A stretch of 64,000 nucleotides of DNA from an uncultured Chloroflexia bacterium (GCA_963824735.1 CAWGQH010000012.1:68992-132991); one strand, 5' to 3'; shown: positions 42,715-54,329, counted from the stretch's first letter. Translations and numbers: made by a program. Notes: generated from the sequence alone by a model not told the origin.

Positions 42715-43278
42715 ATGGGCTGGTACGAAAACTCGCTGTTCGGGCCGATCGCCGACGACATCGCCCGGGTCGCGCCGCCCGGAACGGCGGTCCTCGAGGT
42801 TGGGTGCGGGTCGGGCGCGCTGTCGCTCCGCCTGGCGGCCCACCACGGCCTGGCGGTCACCGCCGTGGACGTTGATCCGGGCGAAATCCGGCGCGCGCGC
42901 GAGAAGGCCGCCCGCGCCCTGAGCACCGGTCCGGCCAGGCCCGAGTTCCTCGTGGCCGACGTCGCCCGGATGCCGTTCGATGACGCGTCGTTCGACCTCG
43001 TCGTCAGCACCTTCTCGATGCATCACTGGGAATACAAGGCGGCCGGACTCGAGGAGATCTGCCGGGTGCTCCGGCCCGGGTCGCGGGCGCTGATCTGGGA
43101 CACGCGTGGTGGGTTCTCCCTGTTCCACCTGCGGACGCCCGACCCACTCGATGGCGTCGAGGACGCGCCGCTCGAGCTGCGAGAGGTCAGGACGTGGGCG
43201 TGGCCGTTCGGCCTCACCTTCTTCCGGCGGCTCGAGCTTGCGCGACCTCTCGAGCCGGCATCGCTCGAGCACGCCTGA
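42715..43278 (+). CDS. Class I SAM-dependent methyltransferase
   Basis: Motif I is VLEVGCGSGALSL, followed by DLVVSTFSMHHW. Confidence 0.8.
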   Translation: MGWYENSLFGPIADDIARVAPPGTAVLEVGCGSGALSLRLAAHHGLAVTAVDVDPGEIRRAREKAARALSTGPARPEFLVADVARMPFDDASFDLVVSTFSMHHWEYKAAGLEEICRVLRPGSRALIWDTRGGFSLFHLRTPDPLDGVEDAPLELREVRTWAWPFGLTFFRRLELARPLEPASLEHA

Positions 43279-43279
43279 C

Positions 43280-44111
43280 GTGCGTCGCCGATTCGCCCAG
43301 GTCGACGTCTTCTCGGACACGCCCTACCTCGGCAACCCGCTCGCGGTCGTGCTCGACGGCGAGGGCCTCACCAGCGACTAGATGCAGCGGTTCGCGGCGT
43401 GGACCAACCTGTCCGAGACGACCTTCGTCGTGGCCGCGACCGATGCCGACGGCCGACTACGCCGTGCGCATCTTCGACACGGCGAGCGAGCTGCCGTTCG
43501 CGGGCCACCCGACGCTCGGGACGTGCCACGCATGGCTGGCCGCCGGGGGCCGCCCGCGAAACGGCGAACAGATCGTCCAGGAGTGCGGGGCCGGGCTGGT
43601 CACCGTCCGCCGAACGGCCGACGGCCTGGCATTCCGGTCGCCGGATCCGTTCCGCAGCGGCCCAGTCGACGAAGCCCTCGTCCGGCGGATCGCGGATGTC
43701 CTGCGGATCGAGCGCGAAGCGATCGTGGACGCGCAGTGGGCCGCGAACGGCCCGAACTGGGTCGTCGCGCTGCTCGAGAGCGCCGATGCGGTGCTCGCGC
43801 TCGAGCCCGGGTTGGTGGACTTCGACCTCGGCGTGGTCGGGCCGTACCCGGCCGGGTCGCCGGAGGCGTTCGAGGTCCGGGCGTTCTTCGCAAAGGACGG
43901 CCAGACAGCCGAGGACCCGGTCACCGGAAGCCTCAACGGTGCGTTGGCGGAATGGCTGGCGAGGACCGGCCGCGCCACGCTGCCATACGTCGCCGGCCAG
44001 GGCCGTGCGCTCGGCCGCGCCGGCCGCGTCCACCTCTCGGCAGACGAGGACGGCGCGATCTGGGTCGCGGGTGCGACCACGACCTGCGTGACCGGCGAGG
44101 TCGAGCTCTAG
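43280..44111 (+). pseudogene. PhzF-family isomerase with an in-frame TAG (43379-43381) and one frameshift near 43445
   Basis: VRRRFAQVDVFSDTPYLGNPLAVVLDGEGLTSD-TAG-MQRFAAWTNLSETTFVV.. is in the same frame on both sides of the stop. Then ADYAVRIFDTASELPFAGHPTLGTCHAW.. follows in the next frame. Confidence 0.8.
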
Positions 44112-44167
44112 CCCGACCTCCGGTTTCCGGCCTTCCGGCAGGCGGTCGCGCCCGCTACTGTGCCGAC

Positions 44168-44633
44168 ATGCCGAACGCGACGAACGAGGAAGTGGTCAGG
44201 CGCTACGGGACCGCCTCGGCCGAGTTCGACATCCCGACCCTCAGCGAGCTCCGCCACGCTGATTGGGAGGTCGTCTGGCCGCAGTCGGGCGAGCACGTCC
44301 ACAGCAGCGAGGGCTGGGCCGAGATCGCGCGGAATTACCCGGGCGGCACGCCCAGCACCGAGCTGACACGGGTGGTCGGCGCGGAGGATCGCTGGGTCGT
44401 CTCACCCGGGAACACGGTGATGCGCGTCATCGGCAGCGGCGACTTCTGGTGGGCCGAGTGGCGGATGACGTACCCGGACGGCTCGACCTGGATCTGCGTG
44501 GACCTCATGGAGCTCCGACGAGGGCAAGGTCTATCGCGAGGTTGTCTACTGGGCCCTGCCGTTCGACGCCCCTTCGTGGCGCGCACCGTGGGTCGCGTCC
44601 GACGCGTCCCACCCCGGCGGCGCGAGCTCCTAG
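44168..44633 (+). pseudogene. SnoaL/NTF2-like protein, one frameshift near 44514
   Basis: MPNATNEEVVRRYGTASAEFDIPTLSELRHADWEVVWPQSGE..FWWAEWRMTYPDGSTWICVDLMEL then EGKVYREVVYWALPFDAPSW... Length is 3n+1. Its TAG shares the palindrome CTAG with the stop of the convergent gene. Confidence 0.6.
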
Positions 44634-46015
44634 GCGAGCGTCATCGCCCGACCGGGCGCGAGCAGGAACGGTGGCAGGTACGCCGGGATGTTGGAGAACG
44701 GCAGCACGTCCTGGTGCAGCTCGATCCCGAGCGCTTCGGCCATGAACCGCCGCCGCGCCGCGATGCGCGCCCAGGCCCCGGGATAGGCCGCCGCGAACGC
44801 GTCACGGAGCGACGCGTCGGCGAGGGCGATGCCGTCCTCGATGTTCGTCGTGAAGTAGTCCGTCCCCGTCGCCGGGATGACATCGACCTGGAAGGCCATG
44901 CCCGAGCGCAGCTCCACCTGCGATCCGGGCGAGATCGGCGAGTTGATCCACTCGTCGAGATGGATCTGGTGTCCGGGGTTCAGGAAGATCCCGAAGAACG
45001 GGTCGCCGAGCCGGCGGTCGATGATCTCCTGGAGGGCACCGCCCGTCTGCCCGATGCGGATCGCGCCGTACCACTCGGCGATCGCCTCGAAATACGGTCC
45101 CACGAGCTTCTCGACGTAATCGTCGATGCCTGCCGGCAGCTCGGCGGCATCCTCGACGACGAATCCCGCTCGGCAGTTCAGCGCGCCCCACACGCCGAAC
45201 GCCACCGTGAACCGGTCTCCGCGCTCGATCCGGCGCGTGCCCGGGCTGAGCAGGCCGTACGTGGCGCGCGGTCCGGCCGTCAACATGAGGTGGCACGACA
45301 GCGGCATGCCGTTCCACTCGAGCAGGCGAACCGCCTCGCCCTCGGTCAACCCCGGGCGCAGGGCGAACAGCAGGTTCCGTACGCCCTGCGATGTCTGGCA
45401 CGCCGCGTACTCGAACGCGGCGAGCTGCTCGACCTCGTTGATGATGCGCAGGCCGTCGCCCGGGTCGATGAGCAGCCCGGTGGCGTTTCCGACGGAGCCC
45501 GCCGGACCCACGAGCCCGCGCAGCTCGTCGACGAGAAACGCTGGCGCTTCGATCGTGTCCGGCGAGGCATACGTCTTCCAGCCGATCACGCCGACTCGCG
45601 TCCCGGGACCGATGCCCTCCTCGTCGAGAATCTCGGCCAGCGGCCGCGAGCGGTCGCGCGGCTGGCTCGGAAGGCTCAGGTCCTGGAACCGGTGACGCCG
45701 CATCGGGAGCGGCGCCGCACCGGCGGTCCCCCAGTTCTCGTTGCCGACGAGGATCGCCGGCTCGCCGGTCTCGCCGACGACGAGGATCGCCTCCTCGAAC
45801 CGCGGGTCGAAGCCGGTCAGGTACGACAGGTTCGCGCTGTGCTCGCGATCTGCGTAGACGACCAGGCGGTCGAAGCCCGCTCCGGCCATGCGCTCGCGGA
45901 GGCGTTCAAGCCGGTCGGCGTGGAGCGACGCCGGCAGCTCCGGCGCCTCGTCGGGCATCCCGAAGTCGGGCAGGTCGATCGCCGCAAGCCGGGCCGCCGT
46001 CACGGGAAGCTCCAC
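44630..46015 (-). CDS. Creatinase/prolidase-fold (M24-like) protein; start uncertain
   Basis: Intact long ORF containing ..FDRLVVYADREHSANLSYLTGFDPRFEEAILVV..GFVVEDAAE..FFGIFLNPGHQIHLDEW..GMAFQVDVIP... Candidate starts are GTG 46015 and ATG 45958. Confidence 0.55.
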   Translation of the reverse strand: MELPVTAARLAAIDLPDFGMPDEAPELPASLHADRLERLRERMAGAGFDRLVVYADREHSANLSYLTGFDPRFEEAILVVGETGEPAILVGNENWGTAGAAPLPMRRHRFQDLSLPSQPRDRSRPLAEILDEEGIGPGTRVGVIGWKTYASPDTIEAPAFLVDELRGLVGPAGSVGNATGLLIDPGDGLRIINEVEQLAAFEYAACQTSQGVRNLLFALRPGLTEGEAVRLLEWNGMPLSCHLMLTAGPRATYGLLSPGTRRIERGDRFTVAFGVWGALNCRAGFVVEDAAELPAGIDDYVEKLVGPYFEAIAEWYGAIRIGQTGGALQEIIDRRLGDPFFGIFLNPGHQIHLDEWINSPISPGSQVELRSGMAFQVDVIPATGTDYFTTNIEDGIALADASLRDAFAAAYPGAWARIAARRRFMAEALGIELHQDVLPFSNIPAYLPPFLLAPGRAMTLA

Positions 46016-47649
46016 GGCTTCACGTCGCCGGTCGCGCGATCGAGCGTGACGTACTGGTTGGCCGCGACAGGGATCCATGACCCCTGTTCGCCGTCCGGCC
46101 AGGTGACACGGACCTCGGCCTGATCCGCCGCTCCGAGCCCGAAGTGCATCGGCCCCAGCTGTCCGCTGACATGGCCGCCACCGACGGTCACCTCGCGCTC
46201 GATCGTCGTGTCACCGACCTTGACCTCGATCCATGAGCCGATCGCGTCGCGATTCGCCCCCGGTTCGCTCAGCTGCACGCCGAGCCAGTGGCCCATCGCC
46301 GGGTTGTCGGGGACCCCGGACCCGGTGCTTCGCCAGAGTTGGACCGGCGCACCGAAGTTGACCTGGACGAGGTCGAGCAGGCCGTCGAGGTTGAGGTCCG
46401 CGACGGCCGCGCCTCGACCGCGGTCGAAGGTCACGATTCCCGCCTCCTCCGCGCCCTCGACGAACGTCCCATCGGCCTGGCCAAGCAACAGGTTGCTCGG
46501 GTCGCGCCGGGCGTAATCGGGCATCTCGGTCACGTTGCCTTTCGTGACGAACAGGTCCATGAGGCCGTCATTGTTGACGTCTTCGAACTGCGGGTGCCAC
46601 GCCGTCGAGGGGAGGGTCGTGTCGCCGGCGTACGGGCGGTGGGCTGTCGCGCCGCGCTCGAGCGCGATGTCCCGATAGCGCGGGTGCGCAGGCCCGTCGG
46701 CCAGGGTCTGGAGCTTGTTGTCGCCCTGGCTCGTGAGGTAGACCTCCGGATAGCGGTCGCCGGTGAGATCCTGGCTGGCGATCCCCATCCCCCAGATCTC
46801 CATGTGCTCCCAGCCGTCGGCTTCGCCGTATTCGCGCGGCGGCTGCCCGGGCTCGATGCGCCAGAGCTGCTCGCGGCCGTCCCGGTAGAAGTGGCGGTCG
46901 TTGCTGACCCGCAGGTCCCGCCGCCCTGCCCGGTCCCAATCGCTGAACAGGATCGACAGCGTGCAGAAGCCCGGTCGCAGCGCTGTCGCCGGGCTGTACG
47001 CCTCGTCGCTGGCCGGCCGGATCAGCTCGTTGTCGTCACAGACCCGCGTGCTGTTGGTGGTCTTCTCGAGATCGAGGTACCGGCCGAGGGCCAGCGTCGG
47101 CAGGGTCGAGGCTCCCTCCCAGGTCGCGCTGAACGCGGTCGTCCACGCGTCCCCGCCATCGAACGACCACGTCTCGTTGGCGCGCTCGAACCGGCAATCG
47201 CCGAGACCGCGAAGCAGGACCGTCTCACCGCGGCGCAGGACGGCGAGATCGCTCACCGCGTCGCCGTCGATGTCCAGGGGGTATGCACCGGTCACGTCGG
47301 TCAGGTCCGTTGCCGGATCGTGGACCGGCGTGAAGCTGAGGCTCCCGCCAACCGGGCTTGCGTTGCGAGCGAGGAGCGCCGGGCCGGCACCGCCGGCGAG
47401 GAACAGGTCCGGGCGGTGATCGTCGTCGCAATCGAACACCGCGACCCCGCCGCCAACGTACCAGCGGTCTTCGCCGCCGAACGTGTGATCGATGCCCGCA
47501 GCCGATGCCTCCTCGACGAAGCGCGGCGCCGCCGGTGCGCTGCCGGCTGTCCCGCCAAGCAGGACGGCCGACCCGGCGATCGCGACGCCGACGACGGCGA
47601 CGACCACGACAGACGCGACCGCGACGCGCCATCCGATCGAGCGATTCAT
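46000..47649 (-). CDS. Secreted FG-GAP/VCBS-repeat protein with an ASPIC/UnbV C-terminal domain (CRTAC1 family)
   Basis: N-terminal TM/signal segment. Repeats FDCDDDHRPDL, DIDGDAVSDL, DVNNDGLMDL and DLNLDGLLDL. C-terminal IGSWIEVKVGDTTIEREVTVGGGHVSGQLGPMHFGLG. Intact, 549 aa. Confidence 0.85.
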   Translation of the reverse strand: MNRSIGWRVAVASVVVVAVVGVAIAGSAVLLGGTAGSAPAAPRFVEEASAAGIDHTFGGEDRWYVGGGVAVFDCDDDHRPDLFLAGGAGPALLARNASPVGGSLSFTPVHDPATDLTDVTGAYPLDIDGDAVSDLAVLRRGETVLLRGLGDCRFERANETWSFDGGDAWTTAFSATWEGASTLPTLALGRYLDLEKTTNSTRVCDDNELIRPASDEAYSPATALRPGFCTLSILFSDWDRAGRRDLRVSNDRHFYRDGREQLWRIEPGQPPREYGEADGWEHMEIWGMGIASQDLTGDRYPEVYLTSQGDNKLQTLADGPAHPRYRDIALERGATAHRPYAGDTTLPSTAWHPQFEDVNNDGLMDLFVTKGNVTEMPDYARRDPSNLLLGQADGTFVEGAEEAGIVTFDRGRGAAVADLNLDGLLDLVQVNFGAPVQLWRSTGSGVPDNPAMGHWLGVQLSEPGANRDAIGSWIEVKVGDTTIEREVTVGGGHVSGQLGPMHFGLGAADQAEVRVTWPDGEQGSWIPVAANQYVTLDRATGDVKPWSFP

Positions 47650-48104
47650 GCGCGCACCGCCTCGATCGGTCGCCCTCCACGTCGTCTGCCGTACGTCCCC
47701 AGGCAGGCGCGGATGCTAGCACTCACGGTCCGCAACCCCGGTTAGTAACGCGCCGGAAACGGCTTGACATGGTCCCGGGCGTGTCCGAATCTTGGCATCT
47801 CCGCTATTCGAAGAAAGGGACACAAATCCCGTGACCCCGCAGGCGCTCCGGGGACCGCGCATGCTCGTCAGGATCGTCCCGGGGACGTTGGGCGTCGACG
47901 CACATTGTTCGGCGCGGCGGAGTTCGCATTTCGAGCCGCTCCACGCCGATTCCCCTGACCGCCTGCGCCCTCACATCGCCGCGATCGGCGCGAACCGTCT
48001 GGAATCTGCTTGGAGGAGGATGCTAGCGTAGCGACTTCGAGGGAGGCTACAGGCGGTGACCGTGATCATCGCGGCTGCGAAAACCGGAGGAGAAGGAGTC
48101 AAGA

Positions 48105-49356
48105 ATGATTGATCGTCGTATCGGGTTGCTCGTTGCGACCCTTGCGATCGTCGCGTCGGCGTGCACATCCGGCGGGGCCACGACGGCGCCGCAGAGCGAG
48201 GTGCCGGCGGCAAGCGAGGCCCCGGCGGCCAGTGCCGCGGCCAGTGAGGCCGCCCCAAGCGCGGGAGGATCCGCCGCTGCCACCGATTGCACGGTGGGCG
48301 TGTCGTGGAACAACTTCCAGCAGCCGCGCTGGGCCGCGCATGACCAGCCGAACATGCGGGACACCGTCACGGCCGGCGGTGGCACGTTCATCGAGGCCGA
48401 CGCGAACCTGAGCACGGAGCAGCAGCTCACCGACGTGGACAACCTGCTGTCGCAGGGCGCGAACGTCCTGGTCATCCTCGCCCAGGACACCACGGTCATC
48501 GGGCCGGCGGTCCAGAAGGCGAAGGACGCAGGCGTCCCGGTCATCGCGTACGACCGCCTGATCGAGGACCCCGAGATCCTGTACATCACGTTCGACAACG
48601 TGGGCGTCGGCAGGCTCGAGGCCGAAGCCATTCTCGCTGAGGTCCCGACGGGCAACTACGTCCTGATCAAGGGCGACCCGGGCGACCCGAATGCGTCGAC
48701 ATTCCTGCCTGCGGGCTGGGACGAAGCCGGCCTGAAGGAGAAGGTCGATTCCGGCGATATCAGGATCCTCAACGGGCCCGAGGCCGGTGCCGGAACGTGG
48801 CCGGACGACTACGGAACCTACACGGAAGCGTGGGACACCACGACGGCCACGAACAACATGGAGGCGATCATCGACAAGGCCGTCACCGACGGCGACACGA
48901 TCGACGCGGTGCTGGCCGAGAACGACAGCACGGCACTCGGCGTCGCGGCAGCCCTCACGGGCAAGAACTACGACCCGTACCCGCCCGTCAGCGGCCAGGA
49001 CGGCGACCCCGCCAACCTGAACAACGTCGCGAAGGGCCTGCAGTTCGTCGACGTCTGGAAGAACGCCAATGAGCTCGGCAAGGCCGCCGGTGCGGCCGCG
49101 CTTGCGCTGTGCGCCAATCCGGACATGGCCAGCCCTGACGCTGCCGGACGGACTGATCGACCCGGCAGTGGCGCCGGACAGCCTCACCGCTGCGCCGTTC
49201 ACCACGCCGGGTGGCAACACGGTGAACTCCTTCATTCTCAAGCCGACGCCGCTGACTGCAGAGAACCTGCAGCTGGCGGTCGACGCTGAGCAGGTCACCA
49301 AGGAAGACCTGTGCGCCGGGGTCGACGCCGCGGCAGCGCCACCGGCCTGCCAGTGA
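48105..49356 (+). pseudogene. xylF: Sugar (xylose-type) ABC transporter substrate-binding lipoprotein, one frameshift near 49130
   Basis: Lipobox LVATLAIVASACTSG. VGVSWNNFQQPRW..GANVLVILAQD..GVPVIAYDRLI... The C-terminal LTLPDGLIDPAVAPDSL..FILKPTPLTAENL.. is in ORF 49069..49356. Length is 3n+1. Confidence 0.8.
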
Positions 49357-49448
49357 CGGTCTCCGACCGCTGAGCTAGCCATCACACCTGCGCCCTCGGG
49401 TTTCCCCGGGGGCGCAGGTCGCTTCGATCCACGACCAGGAGGGCCATC

Positions 49449-50768
49449 GTGGCGAACGTGGCCGACGCGGCACCAGCATCCAGTCAGGTCGAGCCTCCTG
49501 CCCGTCCGTCGATGCGCGGCATGCTCGCGCAGACGGAGATCGACCTTCGCCTGTTCGGCATGCTGATCGCCCTGGCGGTGATCCTGCTTGTCTTCCACAT
49601 CCTGAGCGGCGGCAAGCTGATCGCGCCGGGCAACATGACCACGCTGGCCGTTCAGGCCGCCGGGATCGCGATCATCGCGACCGGCATGGTGCTGATCATC
49701 GTCTCGCGCAACATCGACCTGTCGGTGGGATCGCTGGTCGGCATCATCGCGATGACCTACGCCCTGCTGATGACCGACTGGTTGCCGGCGTTGGGCATCA
49801 CCAACGATGTCCCGTTCGCCTGGGCCATCGCCCTCGGGTTCGGCGTCCTGATGGGCGCCGTCATCGGCGGCGTCCAGGGCTTCATCATCGCCTACATCGG
49901 CGTGCCCTCGTTCATCGTCACCCTCGGCGGACTGCTGTCGATCCGCGGCGCCGTCTGGTACCTGTCGAGCGGCGCCTCGGTGTCCGGGCTCGATCCGAGC
50001 TTCCAGCTCCTCGGCGGGAGCGCACAGGGATCCATCGGCGGCTTGTTGACCTGGGTGATCGCCCTCATTGGCAGCCTTGCCATCGTCGCCCTGCTGATCA
50101 GCTCCCGGCGCTCGCGCCGCCGCTACGGGTTCCCGGTTCGGCCGATGTGGGCCGAGATCCTGATCGGGGCCGTCGGCATCCTGGCGGTCGTCGGCATCGC
50201 CTGGTTCGCGAACAACAACTTCTGGCCGAAGGGTCTGGCCGACCGCTACGCGCAGCAGAACAACATCCCCATTCCCGAGGGTGGCCTGCTGATCCCGACC
50301 GGCTTCCCGTACCCGATCATCCTGTTGATCGGCGTGACGCTCGTGATGACCTGGTTGGCGACGCGGCGGCGGTTCGGACGGTACGTGTACGCGTACGGCG
50401 GCAATCCCGATGCCGCCGAGCTGGCCGGCATCAATACGCGCTGGACGATCCTCAAGACGTACGTGCTGATGGGCATCCTGTGCGCGATCGCAGCCGCGAT
50501 CGTGTCCGCCCGGCTCAACGGTGCCACGCTCGACGTCGGCGGCAGCTATGAGCTGTACGTCATCGCCGCAGCCGTCGTCGGCGGAACCTCCTTTGCCGGC
50601 GGCATCGGCACGATCCCCGGTGCCGTGCTGGGCGCGTTCGTCATGCAGTCACTCGCGTACGGCCTGAGCTTCATCGGCGTCAACTCGCCCGGCCAGAACG
50701 TGGTCGCCGGCATCGTGCTGGTCGTCGCGGTCGGCCTGGACACCATCAACCGCCGGCGCGGTTCCTGA
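49449..50768 (+). CDS. xylH: Sugar ABC transporter permease (XylH-like)
   Basis: GTG at 49449, 6 nt after AGGAGG. Intact, 439 aa, about 10-12 TM segments. Confidence 0.85.
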   Translation: MANVADAAPASSQVEPPARPSMRGMLAQTEIDLRLFGMLIALAVILLVFHILSGGKLIAPGNMTTLAVQAAGIAIIATGMVLIIVSRNIDLSVGSLVGIIAMTYALLMTDWLPALGITNDVPFAWAIALGFGVLMGAVIGGVQGFIIAYIGVPSFIVTLGGLLSIRGAVWYLSSGASVSGLDPSFQLLGGSAQGSIGGLLTWVIALIGSLAIVALLISSRRSRRRYGFPVRPMWAEILIGAVGILAVVGIAWFANNNFWPKGLADRYAQQNNIPIPEGGLLIPTGFPYPIILLIGVTLVMTWLATRRRFGRYVYAYGGNPDAAELAGINTRWTILKTYVLMGILCAIAAAIVSARLNGATLDVGGSYELYVIAAAVVGGTSFAGGIGTIPGAVLGAFVMQSLAYGLSFIGVNSPGQNVVAGIVLVVAVGLDTINRRRGS

Positions 50769-50823
50769 GCGGCAAGGAGGGACGACCCGTGACCGTCGCG
50801 GAGCACGAGCGCCGCTCGTCGAG

Positions 50824-51579
50824 ATGCGGGGCATCAATGTCGCCTTCGGCGGCGTGCACGCCGTACGCGACGTGACCATCGACCTGAAGCCCGGCGAAGT
50901 CATCGGCCTCGTTGGCGGCAACGGCGCAGGCAAGTCGACCCTGATGCGCGTGTTGTCGGGTGCCCATCCCGCGGACAGCGGTGAGATCCTCGTCAACGGC
51001 GAAGCCGTGAGCATCAAGAACCCGCGCGATGCCAAGGCCCACAACATCGAGACGATCTACCAGACCCTCGCCCTCGCGGACAACGTCGATGCGCCCGCCA
51101 ACGTCTTTCTCGGGCGCGAGCTGACGACGCGCTGGGGAACGCTCGACGATTCGTCGATGGAGGACGCGACCCGCAAGGTCATGAAGCGGCTGAACCCGAA
51201 CTTCAGCCGCTTCGCGCAGCCGGTCCGGTCGCTGTCCGGCGGCCAGCGCCAGGCGGTCGCGATTGCTCGCGCCGTCCACTTCAATGCGCAGGTCCTGATC
51301 ATGGACGAGCCCACGGCTGCACTTGGCCCGGCAGAAACCGCGCAGGTTCGAGATCTCGTCCGCCAGCTCAAGACCGAGGGCATCGGGATCTTCCTGATCA
51401 GCCACGACATCCACGACGTCTACGACCTTTCCGACCGGGTGACCGTGATGTACCACGGGCGAGTCGTCGGGACGGTCGACAAGTCCGCTATCACGACGGA
51501 CGAGATTCTCGGCATGATCATCCTCGGCAAGCGGCCGGATGAGGTCACGCGCCAGGAGCTTGAAGAGCTCAAGGTCTGA
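50824..51579 (+). CDS. xylG: Sugar ABC transporter ATP-binding protein
   Basis: [38 protein letters not shown]. An AAGGAGG sits 7 nt before a GTG at 50789 that is out of frame by one base. The true start may therefore be 50789, with a one-base loss near 50810. Confidence 0.85.
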   Translation: MRGINVAFGGVHAVRDVTIDLKPGEVIGLVGGNGAGKSTLMRVLSGAHPADSGEILVNGEAVSIKNPRDAKAHNIETIYQTLALADNVDAPANVFLGRELTTRWGTLDDSSMEDATRKVMKRLNPNFSRFAQPVRSLSGGQRQAVAIARAVHFNAQVLIMDEPTAALGPAETAQVRDLVRQLKTEGIGIFLISHDIHDVYDLSDRVTVMYHGRVVGTVDKSAITTDEILGMIILGKRPDEVTRQELEELKV

Positions 51580-51617
51580 CGCCGAACCGCGCAGCACATT
51601 CCAGGAAGGACCATCCG

Positions 51618-52955
51618 GTGCCAGACGAGTTCTTCACGGACGTTCCCGGCCGAGTCGGCTTTGGCGGCCTTGGCGCTACCGACCCGTTGACCTACGCGGT
51701 CTACGAGCCCGACCGGCTCGTCCTCGGCAAGCGCATGGCGGACCATCTCCGGATCGCGGTGTGCCTGTGGCACTCGTTCAACTGGCCGGGCTCCGACGTG
51801 TTCGGGTCAGGAACGTTCGACCGGCCGTGGCTGGGCGCCACCGGGGATCCGCTGGCGGCCGCACGGACGAAGGTCGCGGCCGCGTTCGAGTTCATCGACA
51901 AGCTCGGCGTGCCGTTCTTCACCTTCCACGACCGTGACGTCGCGCCGGAGGGCGCCACGTTCGGGGAGACGGCCTCCAACCTGGCGGCGATCGTCGACGA
52001 GATCGACGGTCACATGGGGCGGACCGGGATCCGGCTGCTGTGGGGCACGGCCAACCTGTTCTCGCATCCGCGCTATGCCGCCGGCGCGGCCACCAACCCG
52101 GATCCCGAGGTGTTCGCCTACGCGGCCGCGCAGGTGCGCCAGATCCTCGAGGCGACCCACCGCCTCGGCGGCACGAACTACGTGCTGTGGGGCGGCCGCG
52201 AGGGCTACGAGACGCTGCTCAACACGGACCTCCGGCGCGAGGAGGCGCAATTCGCCCGGTTCCTCCACCTGGTCGCCGAGCACAAGCACAAGATCGGGTT
52301 CGAGGGCACGCTGCTGATCGAGCCGAAGCCCCAGGAGCCGACGAAGCACCAGTACGACTACGACAGCGCCACCGTCCACGGGTTCCTGGTCCGTCACGGG
52401 CTTGAAGGCGAGTACCGGGTCAACATCGAGGCGAACCACGCGACGCTGGCCGGCCACTCGTTCCACCACGAAGTGGCGTATGCGATGGCGAACGGCGTCT
52501 TCGGGTCCATCGACGCGAACCGCGGCGACTACCAGAACGGCTGGGACACCGACCAGTTCCCGAACTCGGTCGACGAGCTGTCGCTGGCGCTGTACGAGAT
52601 CGTGCGCGGAGGCGGCTTCACGACCGGCGGCTTCAACTTCGATTCGAAGCTGCGTCGCCAGAGCCTGGACCGGACCGACCTGTTCCACGGCCACATCGGC
52701 GGCATCGACACGCTTGCCCGCGCGCTGCTCGTGGCGGTGGAGATGATCGAGGCCGGCCGGCTCGACTCGATCCGCGAAGCGCGCTACGCCGGGTGGGAGG
52801 AGGGCCTCGGCAGGGAGATCCTGGGGGCGGGGTCGTCGCTGGCGTCGATCGCGGATCGCGTCGCTTCGGACGGGATCGACCCGAAGCCGCGGTCGGGCCA
52901 GCAGGAGCTGCTCGAGAACGTCGTCAACCGCCACATCTGGTCCGCCGACCGGTAG
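51618..52955 (+). CDS. xylA: Xylose isomerase
   Basis: [56 protein letters not shown]. Intact, 445 aa. Confidence 0.95.
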   Translation: MPDEFFTDVPGRVGFGGLGATDPLTYAVYEPDRLVLGKRMADHLRIAVCLWHSFNWPGSDVFGSGTFDRPWLGATGDPLAAARTKVAAAFEFIDKLGVPFFTFHDRDVAPEGATFGETASNLAAIVDEIDGHMGRTGIRLLWGTANLFSHPRYAAGAATNPDPEVFAYAAAQVRQILEATHRLGGTNYVLWGGREGYETLLNTDLRREEAQFARFLHLVAEHKHKIGFEGTLLIEPKPQEPTKHQYDYDSATVHGFLVRHGLEGEYRVNIEANHATLAGHSFHHEVAYAMANGVFGSIDANRGDYQNGWDTDQFPNSVDELSLALYEIVRGGGFTTGGFNFDSKLRRQSLDRTDLFHGHIGGIDTLARALLVAVEMIEAGRLDSIREARYAGWEEGLGREILGAGSSLASIADRVASDGIDPKPRSGQQELLENVVNRHIWSADR

Positions 52956-53120
52956 AGCGCGTCGCGAGCAGCGCCTGATTACTCGGGCTCATCGCTTTCG
53001 CACGAACGAGCACGGCCCACCAGCCCCATCTGCAGTCTGAGTAGCCGGGCGTGCGTGTTCGAGAGCGATTTCGATTACCCACCGTAATCGGGCCGCCCCC
53101 GAAACGGGCACCGACCTCGC

Positions 53121-53126
53121 TAGACT
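53121..53126 (+). promoter_or_regulatory. -10 element TAGACT placed 7 nt before the ATG at 53134 (leaderless-type promoter)
   Basis: TAGACT-ccgcgcc-ATG with no Shine-Dalgarno sequence. Confidence 0.45.
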
Positions 53127-53133
53127 CCGCGCC

Positions 53134-54297
53134 ATGCGCCGCATCAGCCGCAAGGCCGAGAGCTTCACCGAGTCCGTCATCCGGGAGATGAACCGCCTCG
53201 CGGTCCAGGCGGGCGCGGTCAGCCTGGCCCAGGGCTTCCCGGACTTCCCGGCCCCGACCGAGCTCAAGGAAGCGGCCGCGGCTGCCCTGTTCGCCGACGT
53301 CAACCAGTACGCCATCGTGGCCGGCTCGCCGCCGCTCCGGCGGGCCATCGCCGCGAAGACCGCCCGCTTCTACCCGGGCTGGGAGCCGGACCCTGACACC
53401 GAGATCACCGTGGTTTGCGGGGCGACCGAGGGAATGATCGCGGCGATGCTCGGCCTGCTCGACCCGGGCGACGAGGTCATCGTGTTCGAGCCGTTCTACG
53501 AGAACTACGGCCCCGACGCGATCCTCACCGGCGCCACCCCTCGCTACGTGACGCTCCACGAGCCGGACTGGGCGATCGATCCCGATGAGCTGCGCGCCGC
53601 GGTGACGCCGCGGACCCGGGCGATCGTCGTCAATTCACCGCACAACCCGACCGGCAAGGTCTTCCGGCGCGACGAGCTCGAGCTCATCGCGAACCTGTGC
53701 CTGGAGCACGATTTGCTCGCGTTCACCGACGACATCTACGAGCACATCGTGTTCGCGGGCGAGCACATCCCGCTCGCCACGCTGCCCGGCATGGCCGACC
53801 GGACCGTCGCGATCAACTCGATGTCGAAGACGTACTCCGTGACCGGCTGGCGCGTGGGCTGGGTGATCGCTCCGGCCGACCTCACCGTCGGGGTACGTCG
53901 GGCCCACGACTTCCTGACCGTCGGCGCCGCAGCGCCGCTGCAGGAGGCGGCGGCGCTCGCGATGACCTTCCCTGATGGCTACTACGCGCAGCTCGTCGCC
54001 GACTACCGCGAACGGCGCGACACGATCCTTCCGGCTCTGTCCGCCGCCGGCTTCCGGGTTCACGAACCCGCCGGCGCCTACTACGTGATGACCGACATCC
54101 GGGACCTCACCTCGGACGACGACGTCACGTTCGCCACGCGCCTGATCGAGGATCCCGGCATCGCGGCGGTGCCGGGCTCGTCGTTCTTCTCACGCCCGGA
54201 GCTCGGGCGGACGAAGCTCCGCTTCGCCTTCCCGAAGCGGCTCGAGACGCTCCACGCCGCTGCCGATCGCATCAGCCGGATCGCGACCCCGGCCTGA
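53134..54297 (+). CDS. Class I/II PLP-dependent aminotransferase (MtnE/YbdL-like)
   Basis: VVNSPHNPTGKVF and NSMSKTYSVTGWRVGW (PLP Lys). Intact, 387 aa. Confidence 0.9.
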   Translation: MRRISRKAESFTESVIREMNRLAVQAGAVSLAQGFPDFPAPTELKEAAAAALFADVNQYAIVAGSPPLRRAIAAKTARFYPGWEPDPDTEITVVCGATEGMIAAMLGLLDPGDEVIVFEPFYENYGPDAILTGATPRYVTLHEPDWAIDPDELRAAVTPRTRAIVVNSPHNPTGKVFRRDELELIANLCLEHDLLAFTDDIYEHIVFAGEHIPLATLPGMADRTVAINSMSKTYSVTGWRVGWVIAPADLTVGVRRAHDFLTVGAAAPLQEAAALAMTFPDGYYAQLVADYRERRDTILPALSAAGFRVHEPAGAYYVMTDIRDLTSDDDVTFATRLIEDPGIAAVPGSSFFSRPELGRTKLRFAFPKRLETLHAAADRISRIATPA

Positions 54298-54329
54298 CGG
54301 GCTGGCTCGCCTCGCGCACGCTGCGGCGA

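Noticed and set aside
43379-43381. TAG in phzF as pyrrolysine or a reassigned sense codon.
   Set aside because: TAG is used as an ordinary stop elsewhere in the window (kdpB, the SnoaL-like gene, the M24-like gene). No pyl genes are seen, and the same gene also has a frameshift.
47711-48027. The 10-nt direct repeat GGATGCTAGC at 47711 and 48018, flanking the CRTAC1/xylF intergenic region, as a possible insertion scar or target-site duplication.
   Set aside because: Chance recurrence of a 10-mer within 64 kb is expected many times over. No transposase, inverted terminal repeats or coding remnant lies between the two copies.
47792-48031. The 79-aa ORF in the 455-bp divergent promoter region upstream of xylF.
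   Set aside because: It has no RBS, a composition unlike the neighbouring genes and no motif. The region has the lower GC content typical of promoter DNA. A TTGACA at 47765 may be a -35 element, but I could not pair it with a convincing -10.
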